Source of the DNA: Phycisphaerae bacterium
GTDB taxonomy: Bacteria; Planctomycetota; Phycisphaerae; Sedimentisphaerales; UBA12454
NCBI GenBank assembly: GCA_026386845.1
Contig: JAPLMW010000028.1
Location: 2,729 to 66,728 of the forward strand
DNA length: 64,000 nt
Reading direction: 5' to 3'
Every line of letters begins with the position of its first letter. The first letter of the stretch is position 1. The notes below the pieces were generated by a model. That model was not told where the DNA came from, ran no database searches, and was given only the letters and a program-made list of their open reading frames with translations. Shown piece after piece: positions 57,792 through 64,000 of this stretch. A program made the translations under genes and the position numbers.

Positions 57792-60305
57792 GTGAAGATT
57801 TACAAAAGGATAAAGTCATCAGCCGGCACTTGCGGCCTGGTCGTTTTCGTCTTATCAGCAATAGCAATCTCGCCTGCCTTTTCACAGTGTAACTTCGAAT
57901 GGAAACAGGGTTATGGTCCTCCGGGTATGAGTGGACGTGCTTATCAGGGTAAAAGTTTGGCTGTTTTTGCTGTAACTAAATGGGACCCTGATGGAGCAGG
58001 ACCTCAGTCTGAACTTCTCGTTGCCGGGGGAAGTTTTACTAAAGCAGGGGGTATAGATGCTAATAACATTGCCGCATGGAATGGCAGCAATTGGCAGCCG
58101 CTTGGCAGCGGAATAAGCGGGGACTCTTCTGCTTGTATCGTGGCCCTTACGATCTATAATGGCCGGCTTATCGCAGGAGGCAATTTTACTACTGCAGGTG
58201 GTCAGACAGCCAACTATATTGCCGCATGGGACGGCAACAGTTGGCAATCCCTTGGTAATGGAATGAACAATCTGGTTTACTCTCTTACAGTCTATAATGA
58301 CCGGCTCATCGCAGGAGGCGAGTTTACTACAGCAGGCGGTCAGAGTGCCAATTACATTGCCGCCTGGGACGGCAATAGTTGGCAGCCACTTGGCAGTGGG
58401 ATGAGTGAAACTCCTGGTCATGCTTTTCCTGGTGTCGAAGCTCTTACAGCCTATAATGGCCGACTTATCGCAGGAGGCAATTTTACTACTGCAGATGGTC
58501 GGGATGTCAACAACATTGCTGCTTGGGATGGCAATAGTTGGCGGCCGCTTGGCAGCGGGATGAACAATCAGGTTTATGCTCTTACGGTCTATAACAGCCG
58601 GATTATTGCAGGGGGCAATTTTGCCACAGCAGGTGGTATAGACGCCAATTGTATCGCCGCATGGGACGGCAACAGTTGGCAGTCGCTTGGCAATGGAATA
58701 AGCGGAGGCTCTTATCCTGATGTCCGGGATCTTACAGTTTATAACAACCGGCTTATTGCAGGAGGCATTTTTACTACTGCCGGTGGTCGGGATGTCAACA
58801 ACATTGCTGCCTGGGATGGCAATAGTTGGCAGTCGCTTGGTAGTGGGATGAGCGATGGTGCTTATTATCCTCCTTATGTCGAAGCTCTTACAGTCTATAA
58901 CGATCAGCTTATTGCAGGGGGCAATTTTACCAAAGCAGGCGGTATGATAGTCAACCATATTGTTGCATGGGATGGTAGTAATTGGTCGCCGATATTAGGC
59001 GGTCCAAGTAAACCGGTTGTGGCTTTTACGATTTATAATGACCGGCTTATCGCAGGAGGTGGTTTTATTGCAGCAGGCGGCCAGAGTGCCAGCCGTATTG
59101 TTGCATGGGATGGTAATAATTGGCAGCCGCTCGGCAGCGGAGTAAGCAGGAACTCTCCCGCTGATTCCAATTGCTATGTCGGAGCTGCTACGGTCTATGA
59201 CGGTCGGCTTATTGCCGGAGGTAACTTTACCAAAGCAGGCGGTATAGATGCCAACCAAATTGCTGCATGGGATGGCAATAGCTGGCAGCCGCTCGGAAGC
59301 GGAATGAACTATTCGGTTTATGCTCTTGCGGTCTATGACGGCCGGCTTATCGCAGGAGGCAATTTTACTACGGCAGGCGGTCAGAGCGCCAATTGCATTG
59401 CCGCATGGGACGGCAATAGCTGGCAACCGCTCGGCAGCGGTATGAACTATGGGATCTATGCGCTTACAGTCTATAATGACCAGCTTATCACTGGAGGTCT
59501 TTTTACTCAAGCGGGCGGTCAAAATGCTAACTACATCGCTGCATGGGATGGCAATAGTTGGCAGCCGCTTGGCAGCGGTATAACCGGAAGTATGCCTATT
59601 GTCTTTGCCCTTACAGTTTATAATGGCTGCCTTATCGCGGGTGGCAGTTTTACCTCGGCGGGTGGCCGGAGTGCCAACCGCATTGCCGCATGGGATGGCA
59701 ATAGTTGGCAGCCGCTTGGCAGTGGAATGAGTGGAGGCTCTTTTCCTTCTATTTCTGCCCTTACGACATATAATGGTGAGCTTATTACCGGCGGCAATTT
59801 TTCCAAAGCAGGCGGCATAGATGCTAATCGCATTGCCGCTTGGGACGGCAATAGCTGGCAGCCGCTCGGCTACGGTATTGATGGAAATTTTCCTTCTGCT
59901 CTTGCGGTCTATAACGGTGAGCTTATCGTGGGCGGCAATTTTACCAGGGCAGGCGGAAAATATTCATATTACTGGGCAAGATGGGGGCCGGTATTTTATG
60001 CAGGAGATTTAAACAGCGATTGCATTGTCGATACATTGGATTTGGGATTGCTCGCAGATCAGTGGCTGCTTGAAAAATTATCTGCTGATGTTGCTCCAAG
60101 CGGAGGTGACGGTATTGTTAATTTTATTGACTGGGCGGCCTTTGCCAATAATTGGCAGGGTGATATGAATAGTCTTGCGGATTTTTCTTCTCAATGGTTA
60201 ATGCGAAGCGCTTATTCCGCTGATATTGCGCCTACTCCAAGCGGCGATGGGTTTGTCAATATGCTGGACTTTGCCTTGTTTGCTGAACACTGGCTTGAAG
60301 AATAG
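57792..60305 (+). CDS. secreted ~14-blade beta-propeller repeat protein with C-terminal dockerin-like module
   Basis: GTG start after a gaggaag RBS, then a signal peptide. There are ~13-14 repeats of ~48 aa (IAAWDGNSWQPLGSGMN..VYALTVYNGRLIAGGNFTTAGGQSANY). The C-terminus has DLNSDCIVDTLDLGLLADQWL, GDGIVNFIDWAAFANNW and GDGFVNMLDFALFAEHW (dockerin/EF-hand-like). Confidence 0.75.
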   Translation: MKIYKRIKSSAGTCGLVVFVLSAIAISPAFSQCNFEWKQGYGPPGMSGRAYQGKSLAVFAVTKWDPDGAGPQSELLVAGGSFTKAGGIDANNIAAWNGSNWQPLGSGISGDSSACIVALTIYNGRLIAGGNFTTAGGQTANYIAAWDGNSWQSLGNGMNNLVYSLTVYNDRLIAGGEFTTAGGQSANYIAAWDGNSWQPLGSGMSETPGHAFPGVEALTAYNGRLIAGGNFTTADGRDVNNIAAWDGNSWRPLGSGMNNQVYALTVYNSRIIAGGNFATAGGIDANCIAAWDGNSWQSLGNGISGGSYPDVRDLTVYNNRLIAGGIFTTAGGRDVNNIAAWDGNSWQSLGSGMSDGAYYPPYVEALTVYNDQLIAGGNFTKAGGMIVNHIVAWDGSNWSPILGGPSKPVVAFTIYNDRLIAGGGFIAAGGQSASRIVAWDGNNWQPLGSGVSRNSPADSNCYVGAATVYDGRLIAGGNFTKAGGIDANQIAAWDGNSWQPLGSGMNYSVYALAVYDGRLIAGGNFTTAGGQSANCIAAWDGNSWQPLGSGMNYGIYALTVYNDQLITGGLFTQAGGQNANYIAAWDGNSWQPLGSGITGSMPIVFALTVYNGCLIAGGSFTSAGGRSANRIAAWDGNSWQPLGSGMSGGSFPSISALTTYNGELITGGNFSKAGGIDANRIAAWDGNSWQPLGYGIDGNFPSALAVYNGELIVGGNFTRAGGKYSYYWARWGPVFYAGDLNSDCIVDTLDLGLLADQWLLEKLSADVAPSGGDGIVNFIDWAAFANNWQGDMNSLADFSSQWLMRSAYSADIAPTPSGDGFVNMLDFALFAEHWLEE
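58060..59990 (+). repeat. ~144-nt tandem coding repeats (propeller blades)
   Basis: Strings such as gccgcatgggacggcaatagttggcagccgcttggcagcgg recur about every 144-150 nt. Confidence 0.85.
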
Positions 60306-60514
60306 GAAGTAAAGAGGTAAGGAAATAAAGAAGTAAGAAAAATCATTTAACGGTTGCGGTTCCTCCTTTTGACGTAATTGTTTAATTTCTCCCTAATATT
60401 GAACGTCCCATAATATATGTTATGTTTCATTCAGCGTTTTCAGGTTTCAAGGCAGGATTGGCTTAAAACGGGCTTTTAGCCCTTGTAGTGCAATTTATCC
60501 GCTTGTAGCGAGAT

Positions 60515-62143
60515 TTATTCGCCTACGGCGTGACTTACCATATCGCTTATAAGGTTCCAGCCTGCAAAGGCCCTGTCGATAAGCCCCATATTTTGAAGCG
60601 TCTCGTTTATGGTGTTTAAGGCGTTTTGAGAGTCAAAATTCTCTTCAAGCCGGTGCTTGGTTGTTTTTAATGCCTCTATGAAACTGCCCCGGCTGCAATA
60701 CAGTAATGAGGTTTTATAGTGGAGACTAAGAAGTTCGCTGCCGATTTCATTCTCAGTTCCAAGATACATAAGTGTTTTGGATTTTTCCCCTCTTTCCGCA
60801 AAGCAAAGCACTAATCTGCTAAGCGCCCTGTAATGGGTCGGATTTTTCCGGATAATTTCCCTGAAACATTCAGCCGCCTCTCTAAATAAACCCGCCTTCA
60901 TAAGCAGCAGTCCCTGGGCATATAACAGAGACTGGTTGCCCGGATTCAGCAGGCATTGCTGCTTTAGGGTCTCAAACATAACTCCAAAGGAGTTTTGACC
61001 TTCCTCGCTGTCCAACGACGCTATTTGAGCCGCCGCGCAATATCTTAATCTTGCCGCCTCAGCGAAAAGAATACAACTGTTCTGCTGTATTGTAGCGCCG
61101 AGGATTAAGGTGTTATATGCTGTATTTTCGTCTCCTGCCTTTCTTTGTGCCGCGGCTAAACCGAAATATGCATCCACAATTTCGTCATTGATTGCTACAG
61201 CCTTGTTGAAACACTCAGCGGCAATGGAAAAATTACCCTGACCCAGATGTAAAGAGCCGAGCTTTACAAGTCCCTGCAGGAAACTGGGCTGTAATCTTAT
61301 AGCTTTTTCGTATTGCACAATAGCATCTGCCATTTCGCCTTCATCAGCCAGTATATCGCCGAGCTGCAGATACAATTCCGCCGCCTCAGGCTGCTGCTCA
61401 AGCAGATTATTCAGATATTCGATTGCCTGGCCGCAGCTGCTGGCGGCTATAAGCTCTTTCATCTTTTCTTCTTCTATCGGGTCTGCGAAGTTATCCGGAT
61501 GGATAAGTATTGCGTTGTTAAAGGCGTCTATCGCCGCATCGTAGCTGCCGTTCTGCATAAACAGATGCCCTAAAAGCACAAATGTTTCGATATCGTCGGG
61601 ATGCTCGTTTCTCTGCTGCATATATTCTTTTATCGTCCGCTCAAGCTGGCCGTTTTTGAAATATATCGCGGCAAGTCTCAGTCTCGGCAGTTCAAGGTAA
61701 TTCTTGAATTTCAGGCAGTCCTGATAAAACTCGACAGCCTCGGCTTCTTTGCCGAGTCTTTCATAGCAATGTCCGAGCGTATAAAGTGCGATGGTATTAT
61801 TCGGCTGTCTGTAATAAACGGATTGTAAATTCTCGACCGCCCCTGCCAGGTCGGAATTTTCAAGACATATTGCCGTTGCTGCCATTCTGCCTATGGTGCA
61901 GTCAGGTTTTTCGAGCAGATACTGCTTAACCTTTTCTTCTGCAATGTCGAAACTTCCCAGCGACACAAGATCAAGGATTTCATCAATCGACTCGGATTTA
62001 TCCGCTGACCCGGACTTGTCCGCCGAAGCTTCAGCGAAGGCGGAATCCGGACTGTGCTTGATTATCACATCAATCCAGTGCCAGATAAGCCCTGCGGTGT
62101 TAACGGCTATTCCCCTGCCGAGAATTTCAAGAAGTTTAGACAT
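60515..62143 (-). CDS. TPR-repeat protein
   Basis: Multiple 34-aa TPR units, for example LGHCYERLGKEAEAVEFYQDCLKFKN, LGDILADEGEMADAIVQYEKAIRLQP and EAAECFREIIRKNPT. Confidence 0.75.
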   Translation of the reverse strand: MSKLLEILGRGIAVNTAGLIWHWIDVIIKHSPDSAFAEASADKSGSADKSESIDEILDLVSLGSFDIAEEKVKQYLLEKPDCTIGRMAATAICLENSDLAGAVENLQSVYYRQPNNTIALYTLGHCYERLGKEAEAVEFYQDCLKFKNYLELPRLRLAAIYFKNGQLERTIKEYMQQRNEHPDDIETFVLLGHLFMQNGSYDAAIDAFNNAILIHPDNFADPIEEEKMKELIAASSCGQAIEYLNNLLEQQPEAAELYLQLGDILADEGEMADAIVQYEKAIRLQPSFLQGLVKLGSLHLGQGNFSIAAECFNKAVAINDEIVDAYFGLAAAQRKAGDENTAYNTLILGATIQQNSCILFAEAARLRYCAAAQIASLDSEEGQNSFGVMFETLKQQCLLNPGNQSLLYAQGLLLMKAGLFREAAECFREIIRKNPTHYRALSRLVLCFAERGEKSKTLMYLGTENEIGSELLSLHYKTSLLYCSRGSFIEALKTTKHRLEENFDSQNALNTINETLQNMGLIDRAFAGWNLISDMVSHAVGE

Positions 62144-62535
62144 ATTTTGTTTCCATTCGGCAAATACCTTTGGGAGGTGAGATAACTGCGTATCCGCCCT
62201 CCTGAATCTGTATCGACAACACGAAAGGCAGGCTTAATGGAATTGTGGGGAAAAACAGCTTTTTTAGCTCAAAATTAAGGTTTTTCTGCGACTTCTATAA
62301 CGCCTGTAGCGAGTTTTCCGGCCAGTTTTTATATTGGGACCCCCCTATCAGAAAATTCGAAATCCTAATCTGCCCCGCCTGTCCACCTGAGGCGGATAAA
62401 AGGCGGGTAAACGTCACCATTCTACTTCACAAGGTTACGAAGAAACCGGCTGCGGCGGACAAACCAGAAAGAAGAAATTTGACATAATAAAAAAGGCGGG
62501 GTATATTTATATATACAATTTAAAGGATAAATAAA

Positions 62536-62826
62536 ATGATAACAATAATGATTTTGGCGGCCCTTTTGTTTGCTCTGCTGTTTATTAAAATCTTTTTCTT
62601 CGCAATTAAGCTCGCTTTAAAACTTTTATTCGGGCTCTCAGCTATAATGGTTTCACTGGTCTTTTTGCCGGTTGTTATGCTGCCTTTACTTATTGTCGGG
62701 GCTGTTTTCTTTGTGCTGCTGGCAATTCTGGGATTAATAGCTTTGCCAATAGTGCTGCCGATAATACTGGCACTGGTTATCTTTCTTGTCCTGCCGTTTT
62801 TATTGATAAAACGTTTGGTATTTTAA
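62536..62826 (+). CDS. small, highly hydrophobic membrane protein
   Basis: 96 aa and almost entirely L/I/V/F/A. RBS-like aaaggataaataaaATG. Confidence 0.45.
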   Translation: MITIMILAALLFALLFIKIFFFAIKLALKLLFGLSAIMVSLVFLPVVMLPLLIVGAVFFVLLAILGLIALPIVLPIILALVIFLVLPFLLIKRLVF

Positions 62827-62904
62827 TGCTATACGAGGCCGGCAGCAGCCTAAATTTACAGGAGCCTGCTGCTGCGTGTAATATTTTATTTTAAGGTATA
62901 AATT

Positions 62905-64000
62905 ATGACAGAATATTCAATAAGTCCATCCGGAGAAAAATTCGCAATCCCCCAGCCGGCAGACTACGCGGCAGAACTGCAACGCGTCCGAAAACTTGCC
63001 GAGACTGCACGAAAAGAGGGTAAGGAAATCGTAGTAGTAATGGGAGTAGGATTCGTCGGAGCGGTAATGGCGGCTATCGTTGCAGATACCGTCGATAAAA
63101 AAACAGGCAAGCCATCTAAATTCGTAATCGGCTGCCAACGGCCCAGCCCGCGAAGCTACTGGAAAATCCCAATGCTCGATAAGGGACAATCGCCTGTCAA
63201 GGCGGAAGACCCTGAAGTTGACCCGATGATAGCCCGATGCGTATTGGAGAAAAAAACACTAATCGGCACATACAACAGCGATTGTCTTGAACTGGCGGAT
63301 TGCGTTGTTATCGATGTTCAATGCGATTATCTAAAGAAAGATTTAGGCAATCTGCATACAGGTTCAACCGATATGGTGGCGCTCGAGGCAACGATGAAAA
63401 CTATCGGCCAGAAGATTGGGCCGAATTGCCTTGTTCTTATTGAAACAACCGTAGCGCCCGGCACGACAGAATTCGTCGCCTGGCCGATACTGAAAAAAGC
63501 ATTTCAGGTTCGCGGTATCAAGACCGAACCGCTGCTCGCTCACAGTTTTGAGCGAGTTATGCCGGGCAAACAATATGTTGCTTCAATCCGCGACTTCTGG
63601 CGAGTATGCTCGGGATGCAATGGCGAGGCACGCAAACGTGTAGAAAAATTTCTGCACGAAGTTCTTAATACTGAAAAATTCCCGCTGACTGTTATGGACA
63701 GGCCAATCGAATCTGAAACCACTAAAATCGTTGAAAACTCCTACCGAGCAACTATTCTTGCGTTCCTCGATGAATGGTCGATTTTCGCCGAACGCAACGG
63801 CGTGGACCTGATTAAAGTAATTAAGGCCATCAAAATGCGGCCTACCCATAATAATATGATATTCCCCGGGCCAGGCATCGGCGGATACTGCCTGCCAAAA
63901 GACGGCGGATTAGGCTACTGGGCATATAAACATCTGCTCGGATTCGAAGATGATATTTTCAAAATATCGACAATGGCTATCAATATCAACGACACCAGAG
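62905..64000 (+). CDS. nucleotide-sugar dehydrogenase (UDP-glucose/GDP-mannose dehydrogenase family), 3' end outside window
   Basis: Own translation from ATG 62905 gives MTEYSISPSGEKFAIPQPADY...IVVVMGVGFVGAVMAAIVAD (NAD fold)...TTKIVENSYRATILAFLDEW...GPGIGGYCLPKDG (catalytic Cys motif). It is absent from the ORF track because it has no stop in the window. Confidence 0.8.
   Translation, partial: MTEYSISPSGEKFAIPQPADYAAELQRVRKLAETARKEGKEIVVVMGVGFVGAVMAAIVADTVDKKTGKPSKFVIGCQRPSPRSYWKIPMLDKGQSPVKAEDPEVDPMIARCVLEKKTLIGTYNSDCLELADCVVIDVQCDYLKKDLGNLHTGSTDMVALEATMKTIGQKIGPNCLVLIETTVAPGTTEFVAWPILKKAFQVRGIKTEPLLAHSFERVMPGKQYVASIRDFWRVCSGCNGEARKRVEKFLHEVLNTEKFPLTVMDRPIESETTKIVENSYRATILAFLDEWSIFAERNGVDLIKVIKAIKMRPTHNNMIFPGPGIGGYCLPKDGGLGYWAYKHLLGFEDDIFKISTMAININDTR

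Noticed and set aside
57882-59522. Long antisense ORFs (358 aa and 175 aa) opposite the propeller-repeat gene
   Set aside because: These are shadow ORFs created by the repetitive, codon-biased sense strand. Their products are low-complexity, they have no RBS, and the sense ORF has a coherent repeat/dockerin architecture.
62245-62487. 80-aa ORF in the TPR/membrane-protein intergenic region
   Set aside because: It overlaps REP-like hairpins (ccacctgaggcgg, cccgcc) and word repeats, has no RBS, and its composition is not protein-like.

Overview
This 64-kb chromosomal window is mostly housekeeping genes from a Gram-negative-type bacterium. Gene content and style suggest a Planctomycetota/PVC-like organism, but that is an unverified guess. 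Recognisable genes include carB, a complete F1Fo ATP synthase operon (atpI-B-E-F-H-A-G-D-C on the minus strand), an aspartate aminotransferase, alr, LPS-core genes, ileS, polA, galE-glk, gnd, purH and tRNA-Thr(CGU).

Four kinds of accessory or odd segments are interspersed:

1. An A+T-rich two-gene island at 39.9-43.4 kb. A NERD/PD-(D/E)xK-like protein lies convergent with a NACHT/STAND-like P-loop NTPase. The island sits between a disrupted xerD-like recombinase and a 700-nt structured non-coding stretch. This is my best candidate for an undescribed, defence-type system.
2. Three smaller accessory modules: an orphan HEPN-like gene (RNKLIH motif), an HNH-AP2 homing-endonuclease gene, and an overlapping two-gene nucleotidyltransferase cassette next to the tRNA.
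3. Very dense short palindromic repeat families. These include TTAGCC+GC-hairpin REP-like units, a ~240-bp MITE-like nested palindrome, and intergenic 'word' repeats. One REP unit sits in frame inside a CDS, and an ~88-bp inverted-repeat pair brackets the ileS segment.
4. Four conserved genes with clean internal deletions or frameshifts: carB, the xerD-like gene, a small membrane-protein gene, and a DUF2088/LarA-like gene.

All functional calls come from motif recognition by eye on the supplied translations and sequence. No database search or computation was run.
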